From positions 7,811,360 through 7,875,359 of the forward strand of contig NC_043019.1 in the NCBI RefSeq assembly GCF_006345805.1: DNA of 64,000 nucleotides, given 5' to 3'. The notes beneath the pieces were generated by a model, which saw only the letters and a program-made list of their open reading frames with translations, ran no database searches and was not told the origin of the DNA. This DNA comes from Octopus sinensis. Lineage: Eukaryota. Positions 1 to 11,995 of the stretch are shown here, piece by piece. Position 1 is the first letter of the stretch, and every line of letters starts with the position of its first letter. The position numbers were made by a program, and so were the translations under genes.

Positions 1-40
1 TATATATATATATAATATATATAATAGATATATAATATAT

Positions 41-144
41 TATTATATAGAAGGAGCTTCTACACAGGACTAGAACTGTTTCATTCAAGAGAAATCTTCA
101 GGAATCTTCAGTTCTAGTCCTGTAGAAGCTCCTTCTATATAATA
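41..144. mobile_element. Inverted repeat (about 36-bp arms) enclosing a hammerhead-like core; probable inverted Penelope-like element terminus
   Basis: Arm 41-78 TATTATATAGAAGGAGCTTCTACACAGGACTAGAACTG is the reverse complement of arm 109-144 apart from a 2-nt indel. The spacer on the minus strand reads CTGAAGA-TTTCTCTTGAAT-GAAAC. Abuts (TA)n. Confidence 0.55.
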
Positions 145-844
145 AATTAATTTTACTCTACTATGTATTGAGTACCTTATTTACTGTGGTTAACCCCGAA
201 TCAACCCGGGACCTACATAATATATATCCCACATTGTAATTTATTGATTTCATTTGCCCTGTTGCCATTATTTGTTGTATTTCTTAGATACTTACACACT
301 TAAATAACAAGTCTCTTTTTTAATTGCTTTCATAATCTGTCTTTCGCTGTTTTCCATCTTACTATATTAAATATATGAGACTTGGTCGGATTTGTGTTTA
401 GTATGCAGAAGGCTTCGCCTATCTACTTCCCTACAGCCACACTGTTGATATGCATAAGCGTCGTTGCTACTACAAATACTTATTCTTATATATTCTTCAC
501 GTTTGTTAATGAGAAGTAAAATATAGCGTGTTTCAGAAATGTAATAATAACAAATACACCACGTGATATCAGCGGTTTGTATTACGATTTGATCCATTCC
601 TTGGTCTTTATTTTTTCCCCGAAGCCTGTCATCTCATCGTACTATGGGTTATTCTGGAGCACAAAATCGAAGTGGTTCATCGAATACATCAACTTCGGAG
701 ATCATTTATTTAATATCAGGAACTTATTGTATCAATCGTTTGTAGATCATGTGTAACAGGGTATAAGCGAACCGACATAGCTTTTCAGCCGAGGACATAC
801 TCGAACAAGCAAACGCACGTACGTGAATATTTGTATTTATATAT

Positions 845-1030
845 GTATGGGGGGAGAATTCACAGAAAAACAAAGACGAAGACAGGTGGTGTAGAAAAAA
901 GAATCAGATGTATTAGTATAACGCTCGGGAATTGAAAACGTCTTTAACTTTTCGAGCCTACGCTCTTCTACAGAAAGAACAAGGAGAGAAACAAGGGGTC
1001 AAAAAGTGTGTGTAGTGGCTAGCGGTCTAT
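845..1030 (-). mobile_element. Short (TA)n-flanked repeat with minimal hammerhead-like motif (Penelope-like derivative)
   Basis: Homologous to 41541-41720 and 13245-13300. Minus strand 978-941 reads TCTTT-CTGTAGA-A-GAGC-GTAG-GCTC-GAAA-AGT-T-AAAGA. Confidence 0.6.
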
Positions 1031-1740
1031 CATGGCGAAGATATATATATATATATATATCTACACGCATGCATACACACACATACACACTGGCCCACAC
1101 AAACACACTCACCCATACGCATATATGTAACTATATATAACATACTCATAATTATATTTTCTTTGGTTGGAAATCTCCTCTTCTCACTCTCAGCGCCACC
1201 TGTAGGAAGCATCTCACTGGATTCCTGTAGAATATTTTAAATCTGTTTTATGTTGATTCACTCCTTTTTAGCGACACTTAAAACAAATTCGGATATGCAG
1301 TGTTTTATATTAACATACTGATTTCTCAATCGCTCTCTCAAAATACGTGAGTGTTTGTGTGTGTGTGTCTGTGTTTGTGTGTGTGTGTGTTTGTGTGTAC
1401 GAGTCTGTGTGCGTGTCATTGTGCATATACTAAATAATTCGATATACAGCAGTGGTTTAATTATGATATGATTCATATTATATTCAAAGAGTTTCTATAA
1501 AGGACATAATCCTATAAACGGATTATGATCCCTCTATGTGTGAATGTATACGTTTGTATGGATATAGATATATATATTGATAGATAAACTGATAAATTGG
1601 TAGCTCTGATAGCTACGTAGCTAGCTAGATAGAAAGAAAGATAGATACATGGGGAGCTAAATAGATAGGAACATAGATAGATGAACATATATATATATAT
1701 GTATATATATATATAATATATATATATATATATTATATAT

Positions 1741-1962
1741 GAATAAATGAAAGATGAAACATGTTAACAAATTCCTTTACTCTCGACGCATGTTTCGAAG
1801 ACAGCATATTTTCATTCCGAAGGAATAAAGGTGCATTATGCAATATTCTCATCAGGAAAAAGAATGGGAGCCTCTCTCAACAACAAGACAAACACAATTT
1901 CGATGATTGCCTACATGGTAAACAAAAACCATGCTGACGATAAACATAGGATAATTCATTCA

Positions 1963-1963
<1 letters not shown>
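1741..1963 (-). mobile_element. About 220-bp cassette between two (TA)n arrays carrying a hammerhead ribozyme (Penelope-like/retrozyme-like)
   Basis: Unique sequence bounded by (TA)n at about 1685-1740 and 1964-2020; contains the ribozyme motif below. Confidence 0.45.
1771..1865 (-). ncRNA. Type I hammerhead ribozyme with extended stem II
   Basis: Minus strand: ATTCTTTTTC-CTGATGA-(52-nt stem II closed by GAA/TTC)-GAAA-CATGCG-TC-GAGAGTAAAGGAAT. Canonical core, GUC cleavage triplet and a pairable bulged stem I. Confidence 0.75.
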
Positions 1964-2029
<66 letters not shown>

Positions 2030-2334
2030 AGCCACAGAGAGAAAGATAGAGATATATAGATAGACAGTCAGACAGACAAACAGATAGATAAAGGGACAGA
2101 CAGACTGGTAGATGTATTTCGTACATATGTAGACGACTATTTTACTAATACAATTCATACTCAGGATTTCTCGTTTCAGTTACACATCTGCTACACAATC
2201 GTTTGAACCAGTATCCTCTTAGTTAATTTTTTACTGGCCAAGGTACTAGAAGTACCACGTGATATACGTGGAAACTAGGAATTGTTCAATCGTATTACCC
2301 ACATCATATCTATACACACAGTCGTACATACGTA

Positions 2335-2339
2335 CATAC

Positions 2340-2373
<34 letters not shown>

Positions 2374-2381
2374 TATATATG

Positions 2382-2423
<42 letters not shown>

Positions 2424-2590
2424 ATATATACATATGTACATATTTACATGTATATATATATATATATATATATTTGTATTATATATATATATATATATTA
2501 TATATATATATATATATATTATATATATGTATATATATAATATATATGTGTGCGTGTGTTTGTATATGTATATATATAATATATATATGT
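2335..2590. repeat. (TA)n-rich compound microsatellite
   Basis: Long imperfect TA array with TACA and TG interruptions. Confidence 0.95.
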
Positions 2591-3000
2591 TTGTGGATAT
2601 AAATGATTGTGTCTATGAATAATGTATATGCGTGTATATGTTTATCTATATATGTATATGCAAATTGTAATGGTTCGTGATAAATTGGAATTTCTTTCTA
2701 TCTTTCGAATTTACCGAACGAAACAAATTGCAATTTGTCACGAATCATTAAAATTAATAAATAAATATTTATTCTCAGCATTTTATTACGATTTATTGGT
2801 CGTTTATTTGAAAGTAGCCGCTACCTTTATCGCTGCTCCTTCTCATATCCTCACGTGTGGGAGTGTTTGTATGTATGTATTCATGTATATATGCATGTAT
2901 GTATGTATGTATGTATGTATGGATGGATGGATGTATGTATGGATGGCTGGATGGATGGATATGTGTATATGCATGCTTATATATTTTTTCTTTATTGCAG

Positions 3001-3439
3001 CATTTGAAGTCAGAATGTAAAGACAGACGAAATACCTATTTCTTTACTACCCACAAGGGGACTACACACAGAGGGGATAAACAATGACAGTCAAACGGAT
3101 TAAGTCGATTATATCGATCACAGTGCGTAACTGGTACTTATTTTATCGACCCCGAAAAGATGAATGGCACAGTCGACCTCGGTGGAATTTGAACTCAGAA
3201 CATAAAAGCAGACGAAATACCTATTTCTTTACTACCCACAAGGGGCTTAACACAGAAGGGACAAACGGATTAAGACGATTGTATCGACTCCAGTGCGTAA
3301 CTGGTACTTGTTTAGTCGACCCTGAAAGGATGAAAGGCAAAGTCGACCTCAGCGGAATTTGAACTCCGAACGTAGCGGCAGATGAAATACCGTTAAGCAT
3401 TTCGCCTGGTATGCTAACGTTTCTGCCAGTTCACCGCCT
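3001..3439 (-). mobile_element. Head-to-tail array of tRNA-derived SINE units with Nin/Deu-type central domain (family B)
   Basis: Repeats of GTCGACCTCGG(T/C)GGAATTTGAACTCAGAAC and TCGACCCCGAAAAGATG. The identical junction GAAATACCTATTTCTTTACTACCCACAAGGGG occurs at 3029 and 3214. The full head is present only at 3384-3439. Confidence 0.8.
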
Positions 3440-5109
3440 CTAAAATCTACGAATATTTTCAAGAGAGTAATAGCGTTCCGATACTTTGCAACAAACTCCT
3501 GGCCTGGCGGTTGTCTACTTTGCTGTTCAAATTTCTACGTTCTTTATTATTGAATGTTAATTCATCTTGAATCCTGCTAAACGTGAAAATGCTGATATAA
3601 ACAAATATGGAGAAAGTAAACAAGGAGTAGCCTTCCTTTGCTGGATCTCACAAAAGGAGGTTTTGATTTCTTATTCAACTAAAGTTTTTCCCAAGTATAT
3701 CTTTTGAAAATTCGTATATAAAACTTCAATCGCAAGGCAGCTCTTCAGATTCGTTTCAACTTTCAAAGAGAGCGAATTAACGTAACATGAGGAGAAGCAA
3801 AGCATCGATTAAGATGTTTCGATGCTTCTTTTATTCCTGAAATATATCTCATTCACAGATTTCTCTGCCGTGTGAAAGATATATATATATAAAAGGTTTC
3901 CTCCATAACGAGAACATGATCAATTATAATCTTCTTAATCGAATTAATTGTAAAATTACGCTCACATGAAGGATCGTCATTGAGTGCACAAAGTTATTTT
4001 GCGATTATCCTTTTCTAATGTATATTTCCATAGGCTTGTTTTCTTCAGAAATTCTTACAATTCTAATTGGCATTATGTGACTTTCTGAAATGAGTTCATT
4101 CGATTTTTGTTCCAAATATTAACTGAGAAATAGGATCCTTTGAAAAGTGAAGTCACATCGTGGAAACATTCTATTACCTATATGAGCTTCTTTTTGTTAA
4201 AGGCCGCACTATTACCACCGTAAGCAGCGTACAGCTCATTTCGCTGCTCGTTTTTAGTTCCCAATCAATTCATTTTCCTATGCGGTGCAAATTACTTTAA
4301 TTCCTTGCCGCATTCAATGCCTGAGTCTTGCTGAAGTCGATATTTGGAATTCTGTCTTGTATTAACACACTTAGCTCAGAATAAAGTGTTCTACTTCATT
4401 ATAATTCAACATAATTCATCTAAGATTAGAAGCGGTAATATTAATAGAATTTCGTTTATGTACTCATATTTTCTTCCATATTTTATACGCAGTGTTCCAC
4501 CTCTGAATATATTCTGACTGAAATTCCATCCGTCATTAGCAATACAAATACATCGATATGGCTTTCTATGTTTTTTAGTTATATTTCTAATCAGGCATAA
4601 TATATCTGTTATCAATTGTTTCTTAAACTAGGTGCCTGGTTATAAAACGCATTTCAGAAAACTTTTAAGATTTCAAACATTAGTAGGAAAACAAAAGTCT
4701 TGCTTTGCTAGCGTAATAACCGCATATATTTACTAGAAGATGCCTTTAAATCTGGATGGCTTCAAATATTCTTTCAAGAAATATTCGTTATGAATTAAGC
4801 AGAGCAGAAGCCGTTCACCATGCCAAGAGCAATATTATAACCATATTGCAAAAAGAGAAGATTCCTTGTAATTCCAGTGTTTTGTGGTAGAGGTATTTCA
4901 GCATCTATACCTTTATTCAATTTCTGGCTCTTGTGAAAGCATCTTCATTCGGCGAGAAATACTCTTTGGGCGTTTTTATCTGTCGTATGTTTTGTTTGTT
5001 GGCTGTTATTCATTATTTATGCGTGAAGAGATAATTTCAACACTACGTGATAAAAACGTGACTAATCTAAAAAAAAGACACGCATTAAAACACAGGCACA
5101 CATCCAACA

Positions 5110-5142
<33 letters not shown>

Positions 5143-5185
5143 CATACACACATGCATATATACGTGTGCGTGTGTGTGTGTGCTT

Positions 5186-5490
5186 GTACAGTAGGAAGCC
5201 TGCTTCCCAACCACGTGGCTCCGTGTTCATTCCCAGTGTGGAACCTTTCGCGAAACACTTGTACAAAAGCTTCTGGCCGACCTATATATATATATGTTTG
5301 TGTTTCTGTATTTCTCACCCAACAATCACTTGATAACCGATGTCCCCGTAATATAGCAGTTCGGCAAAAGAGACCGATAGAATATATACTAGGTTTACCA
5401 AGAATAAACCCTAGGGTCACTTCGATATATTAAAGGCAGTGCTGCAGCACGACCGCAGTCGAATAACTGAAACAAGTAAAAGAGAATAAG
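5186..5490 (+). mobile_element. tRNA-derived SINE with internal microsatellite (family A)
   Basis: Head ..GCTTCCCAACCACGTGG.., internal (TA)n, tail ..GCAGTCGAATAACTGAAACAAGTAAAAGA. Matches copies at 33918-34262 and 23724-24140. Confidence 0.75.
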
Positions 5491-5532
5491 AATAAAAGAA
5501 TAAAAGAAATAATATATATATATATATAATAT

Positions 5533-5582
<50 letters not shown>

Positions 5583-5829
5583 TATATATATATATATACA
5601 CATATATATATATATACACACACATATATATATATATACACACACATATATATACACACTTACACACATATTGTGTGTAAATTGCTGTATATTTTCTGTT
5701 TAGCGATAAGATATTCTAATAAGAAAAGCTAGCAAGTTTTAATAATATAAATGGAAATTCTGCTAAACAAAATATTCTATATTCAAATCATTGTTGAAAA
5801 ACGTCTGGTGTAAACAACAGAAATGAGAA

Positions 5830-5995
5830 AACCATCTGCAAGCGACAACGTTGAAGCCTCTACAGAATATCTTGGCATACAAGAAATAAGAATCAAAGAG
5901 CTCACATCAAACTACATCTGGAACGAACTCATAAGGCAAACAGTCCGATAAAGTCCCTTTGGAAATAGGGTGAGATGGAAGGGCTTACTGCACGA
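5830..5995 (+). pseudogene. Highly decayed RTE-like LINE RT C-terminal remnant
   Basis: Frameshifted pieces ILGIQE..ELTSN..ELIRQ and RVRWKG resemble the RT thumb pattern RILGI-W..LRWxGH. Confidence 0.35.
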
Positions 5996-6099
5996 ATGAG
6001 ATTGATCAAGGGAGCTAGTTTTAAACAATAATATTATTAACAATAAAAAATGATAGCTCATTGTCAGTATTATCCAAAAACAATAACCGTTTCTGCTTT

Positions 6100-6190
6100 A
6101 GGGACAAGGTTTGAAATTGTGTATAAGGGGTTAGTTAATTACGTCGACCCCAGTGCTTGACTGGTATTTAATTTATCGATCCCGTAAGGT
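6100..6190 (-). mobile_element. SINE family B fragment
   Basis: GTCGACCCCAGTGCTTGACTGGTATTTAATTTATCGATCCC matches the family B core. Confidence 0.7.
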
Positions 6191-7519
6191 ACTATCAACA
6201 ACGCAGAAGGATTCTACATGTACTCCACATTATTACACGTAACAATAACGGCAATAACAATACAACAGTACCATCACCGCCACTAAAATCCAGAGGAGCA
6301 TTACACCTATGATTTCCACCAAAAACAACTAACAATATTATTGCAATATCAGCGACATCAGTTTTCCAGCGTATCAACTGCGATAGGTTTCAGAGAATAG
6401 CCCCCAGGCCATGTCTAAATTTTTAGTAACACATGGTGGGAGTCTTTTATGGCACACCGTGGTCTACTGTATTGTTGGAGAGATTTCCGGGTGTAGATGG
6501 TTGGTCGGAATATTTGAGGAAATTTGTCCAAACGCAAAAAAAAAAAAAAGCGTAAAACCACCAGCAATTTGAACAATATCTACAAATATATTAATAGTAA
6601 GAGCGGCAGTAAAACCGTGACCAGCAACAGGAACAACGTCGATACTAATATTTCGTCACCAGAAAAGACAAAAATTACAGCACCAATACTGCACCGTTGT
6701 CCTTAGCAACAATGCCACTAAAACCGAAACTGATGGTTTCCATCACCAACAAGAAAAAGACCCAATACCAACGATTTTCTAAGGTATTGCTTCATTTTTC
6801 CACCACCACACCGGAAGACATTCGGCGTGAAGAAATAAGAATCTAATTTTTGTGTGGGTACAAGATTTGTATATATTCTACACACACATACACACACACG
6901 CGTACGCGCGTGCAAGAACACACACATAGACACACGCACACTCACATATTCACTTATATACATACATATATAAACATGTGCAGATGCATGTATGCATGGG
7001 CGTATGGAAGAACCTGCACAAATATATGTGTGTGTGTATGTGTGTGTATATGCCTACCTGTATATATATATATATAAGTATGTGTGTGTGTGTGTATGTA
7101 TGTGTGTATATATATACATATACATACATGTGTGTTTTTGTGTGTATGTGTGTGCATATATATATTTGTGTATGTATATATGTGTGTGTCTGTGTGTGTC
7201 TATGTGTGGGCACACACAAAATTATAAAAACATGATGTGCAGCCCTAATACTGCTCATGCGACTACAGGACTAACCTGCTAATTTATGTTAATTTATGAA
7301 GCAGTACACATCAAAGAGATTCAATTAGATGGAGGTCCACTCTATCGCATGCATGCATTCGTTGCTTTAGTGAGAAACGTCTTTGAACTTCTACATTACA
7401 TGTGGATCACATGAAATGTTTATAACCAACAGCTGAATATTCCTTTCCTTTTGATATTTCTTCACTTCAGAACTGGTTCCAATTACGGTTTGTATTTATG
7501 ACTTTAGGTGACTGACATC

Positions 7520-7670
7520 CTCAGGTGCCTGCTTTTAACACGAACACCTCAATCTTTGTTGACTTTTGCAAATTCTCCTCTGTTGAAACTAATTCCTTCA
7601 TATATTCGCTTTTATTTCTCCCAACAACTTGGGGACCGTACGGAAGGGTCGAAAACTATCCACTTCCTCT
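7520..7670 (-). pseudogene. Possible decayed RTE-like RT remnant
   Basis: Minus-strand peptides EEVDSF and NLQKSTKIEVF resemble ExVDxFxYLG and LSxxTKxxVY motifs; frameshifted. Confidence 0.3.
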
Positions 7671-8419
7671 GATATCGAATCAATAAAATATAATCATACA
7701 AGTAATTTTTTTCATCTTTTGTTTTTTCTTTATATATTTCACTCATTAGACTGCAACCATGGATTAGAATGAAAGGAAGCTAGCCCCTACTGTTTTTTAT
7801 TTTAAATCTTACTATTTATTTATATGCAATTGGTAAAATCAGACAAAATAAATTCTCTGAGTGATGCTCACCTCCAAGATGAACTCCATCCGGTCTTAAC
7901 AGATATTCCGGCAGACATTGAAAAACTTCTTAATAACATGAATCGGTTTCAAGTTTCTCATTGATATTTTCGTTCATCATACATCCAAAATGAAATTGTT
8001 TTATTATTAAATACCATTTGAACAAATACTTTTTCCTTAACTCTCAATCAACTGCTAAATCTATTTTGTAGAATGTAAAGTTATAACTCGAATTATTTTT
8101 TATGATCATATACATGATCATATATGATCATATATGGTCATCTGGAGACTATAAGTTTTTGGTAGCAATTACGAAGTAGAAGTAGCCTCGTATATATGTA
8201 TAAATTGAGATGTGAATAATAATTATATAATTGGTAATTACTGAGAATAATAAATAAAATCAATAATTTCAGTTCTGGATACTTGTTCAGACCATTTCAA
8301 GTAGTTGTATTAAAGAATGAAAGACTAGAAATATGAGTCCAGGCCACTGGAGCTGTTTTTTTCTTAAATCGGGCCCATGTTCGGAAAAGATTGGGCAGCA
8401 CTGTTCTATAGAATCCTTC

Positions 8420-8835
8420 TGCTGCACAATTAAATTACGGGGACATAAATACAAAAACGCCGGATGTCAAACGGAGATCGGGACAGGCACAAAGACAACC
8501 ACTCACAAACACAGATAAAAAGACACGCTTACACTCATATATGTGCCTGCAACACAATTTCGTTTCCCCAACAGGGCAGGGCCTGTTTAACATTGTCCCA
8601 AAGCAGATCAAAGAGGAATAGGATCTCGTCACCTTCAAACGGAATCTGGACAAATTTCTTCAAGGGATAACGGATAAGCCACATATACCTGGATACAACT
8701 CACTCAACAAGAACTCCCAACTCAAATGGACTATGGTACGACAAAACTTGACTTTAAAAGGATTTAGATAATCCTATCACGTGGTGCTATTAAGTTAGAC
8801 AAGGCCTGGATCAATCCGTGGTCGAAACATATCTA
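8420..8835 (+). mobile_element. 3' end of CR1/L2-type LINE (decayed ORF2 C-terminus plus 3' stem-loop)
   Basis: Peptides KLRGHKYK and LFNIVPKQIKEE*DLVTFKRNLDKFLQGITDKPHIPGYNSLNKNS fit the CR1-clade ORF2 end. Terminal hairpin GGCCTGGA-TCAA-TCCGTGGTC at about 8803-8823. Confidence 0.7.
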
Positions 8836-8932
8836 AGATTTTCTAAATAATTTTTTAATATTTATCTCTTACCAGAATGAATAATTGTCTTGCTGATATT
8901 TCTATGACAGCTCAACACTTTATATATATATA

Positions 8933-8985
<53 letters not shown>

Positions 8986-9214
8986 AAGTAGTTGAATGAA
9001 TTATCCTAGTATGGATAATTCGGTTAACCGATACCCGGGTAGCAAATTTACGTCAGAAAGCACGGTTGAAGCTACATGCCAAGGGCAGAAATCACGTGCT
9101 TTTGTGTGCAAATTTGTGTGTTTTTATACTATAGATAAATGAAAGGAATTTCAGTTCTGGATTGGGAATTTTGTTAAGGAATTTTGTTAAATCGTCGTTC
9201 GACTCCATTCTTTC

Positions 9215-9247
9215 ATTTATCTATCTATCTATCTATCTATCTATATA

Positions 9248-9329
<82 letters not shown>

Positions 9330-9330
9330 A
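9215..9330. repeat. (TCTA)n microsatellite
   Basis: Direct reading. Confidence 0.95.
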
Positions 9331-9335
9331 TATAT

Positions 9336-9485
9336 GACGGGTTCCTTCCACTTTTTCCTCCACCAAATCTATCCATTACATTTCGGCTAGTCGGAGGCTC
9401 TAGTGAAAGACAGACCCTCGGGTTTCCACGCATTGGGATTGAACTCCCAAACATGTTTTTAAGAAGCAATCTTTTTACCACACAG
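9336..9485 (-). mobile_element. SINE family A 5' half (diverged)
   Basis: GACGGG..ACCAAATC..AAGCAATCTTTTTACCACACAG is the reverse complement of the family A head. Confidence 0.65.
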
Positions 9486-9839
9486 TTTCCTATTTTTTCA
9501 CATGTTCTTCTTCCCTTCGACGCTGATTTCTTCTCCACAGTTTTCTGTCCTCCACCAATTAATGCATAAATCATTATAAATTATTAAAATATATTGACAA
9601 GACATAAAAATTATTCCGGATAATTGATGAATGTCTTGTTCATTAAGTCGGTGAATTCTCTTTTATTTTTTGTCGATCATTTATTTTTTGTGTTATGTCA
9701 GTTTTTTTTTTCTTTTGTTGCACTCACGTGGTTTTTACTCTTCTTCTGTCGGCTTCTTTCGTTTTTCCAGCAATACAGCCATTATTGCTATCAGCTTCAC
9801 CACCAGCACCACCGATGCCACAAGCACAGCTAACGCCAC

Positions 9840-9967
9840 CAACACCATCAACATCACCATCATCATCGTCATCATCATGATCATCATGATCATCGTCGTC
9901 ATCATCATCATCATGATCATCGTCATCATCACATCATCATCATCATCATCATCATCAACATCACCAC

Positions 9968-10011
<44 letters not shown>

Positions 10012-10025
10012 ACATCACCACCATC

Positions 10026-10057
<32 letters not shown>

Positions 10058-10129
10058 CATCATCAACATCACCACCATCATCATCATCATCATCATCATC
10101 ATCTTCATCATCATCATCATCACCACCAC

Positions 10130-10167
<38 letters not shown>

Positions 10168-10192
10168 CCATCATCATCACCATCACCATCAC

Positions 10193-10265
<73 letters not shown>

Positions 10266-10505
10266 GTCGTCGTCGTCGACGTCGTCGTCGTCGTCGACGT
10301 CGTCGTCGTCGTTGACATCGTAGTCATCGTCATTATTTACCCACCATCCGCATCATCACCAACACTATCATTATAAAGACAACGACAGCAGCATACTCTT
10401 CCTCTCAACATCATCATCATCAACATCATCCTGATGAGCTTCCCCCTCCTCCTCCTCCTCATCATCATCATCATCTTCAACGTCGTCGTCGTCATCATCA
10501 TCATT
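9840..10505. repeat. (CAT)n/(CAC)n/(CGT)n trinucleotide array
   Basis: Direct reading; source of the spurious poly-S/M ORFs. Confidence 0.95.
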
Positions 10506-11117
10506 TCTCCACCATCTCGCGTCAGTGCTGGTCACAAACAAAATATGGATTGTCTTCCGTTAAGTGATGATTAGGATGAGATTAATGCTGATGATGATGA
10601 AGATGAGGACGAGTTGAGTACCTAGCAGGGAAAATAATGGATGTGAGCCATTGTTGTTGTCATCATCCGTCTCATTTGAATTTATTATGAATTACGTTAC
10701 GATTAACATCATCAGTGCTGTCTCTTTCACTTGGAAATTTAGACAGTTTCCAAGTTAGGAGCAACACCATATTAAATAAGATATCCACACAGGATCGATG
10801 CGGAGGGAATCTCTGGTTTCTGGTGAGCGTAAAGGAATTTCAGTTATGGACCGACATGAACATTTCTGTACGTCTGTTTCTATGTTTTTCTATACATACA
10901 TACATACATACATACACACAAACATACATACATACATAGAGGTATTCACACACATACATCCATCCATCCATCCATCCATCCATCCATCCATACATACATA
11001 CATACATATATACATACATACATACATACATGCATACATACATATATACATACACACACACATACATACATACATACACACACATACATGGCATACATAT
11101 ATACATACATACACATC

Positions 11118-11685
11118 CTATGGCGAAAGAATGTATCTGGTGGACGCGCCTGAAAGGATTAGAGACAAACACTTTCCTCTCTGGTCAATCTCTCATCAAC
11201 TTCTTCAAGTATCACTTGAAGAGGAAAGTGAGAGTAGAGTGGCAAGTGTTGTCTAGTGGATGTTTTAAAAAAAGATGGGTGAATGTAGCAAGGATGGCAC
11301 GTATGAATGACGAAGCCACCTTGACTATGATCCTATGAACTGTAAAAATTAATACAGAGAGTTGCTTATTTGTAAAAAAATATAACATGTGACTTCATTG
11401 ACCGAGGTTATCGTGGTCTTTTCCATAGGCTTTTCTTTCCACGGGTAAACCTAACCTGTCCTCCCCTTTACGCTTTATATTGACATTTCTGTGATAACGA
11501 TCCCTACTGATCAATTATCCCCCCCCCCTTTTTTATTTTATCCCCCCCTTTTTTGTCCTCTTTCTTTCTTTTTACGATCCCTTTTGATCGAAAACCAAAC
11601 CACCTTTTTTACACACAAAAGAAAAGCTCTACCTTGTAATTTGTCCTGTCTGTTTGCAGCCCTGTGTGGTTAATAAAGAAACATA
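11118..11685 (+). mobile_element. 5'-truncated Tx1/L1-type LINE 3' end (ORF2 C-terminus plus 3'UTR)
   Basis: AKECIWWTRLKG..FFKYHLKRKVRVE..FKKRW (11123-11338) fits the Tx1 ORF2 C-terminal pattern. The 3'UTR is near-identical to 32489-32951 and ends AATAAAGAAACATA followed by (TCTA)n. Confidence 0.7.
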
Positions 11686-11715
11686 TATATCTATCTATCT
11701 GTCTATCTATCCATC

Positions 11716-11782
<67 letters not shown>

Positions 11783-11908
11783 ATCTATCTTTCTATCTAT
11801 CTATCTATCTATCTTTGTATCTATCCCTCTACCCATCTACCTATCTATCTATCTATATATCTATCTATCTATCTATATATATATATCTTTCTATCTATCC
11901 ATCTATAC

Positions 11909-11978
<70 letters not shown>

Positions 11979-11995
11979 ATATCTATCTACATACT
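11686..11995. repeat. (TCTA)n microsatellite
   Basis: Direct reading. Confidence 0.95.

Noticed and set aside
4025-4048. Minus-strand CTGAAGA..GAAA
   Set aside because: The intervening sequence cannot form stem II and there is no stem I; chance match.
8790-8835. Hairpin followed by GAAAC at the CR1/L2 3' end, superficially hammerhead-like
   Set aside because: No CUGANGA upstream; better explained as the LINE 3' recognition stem-loop.
9670-10333. Long poly-S/M/I ORFs (also 14096-14633, 18954-20432, 32716-33393, 60417-61049 and similar)
   Set aside because: They are translations of microsatellites or minisatellites that lack stops by construction; no domain content.
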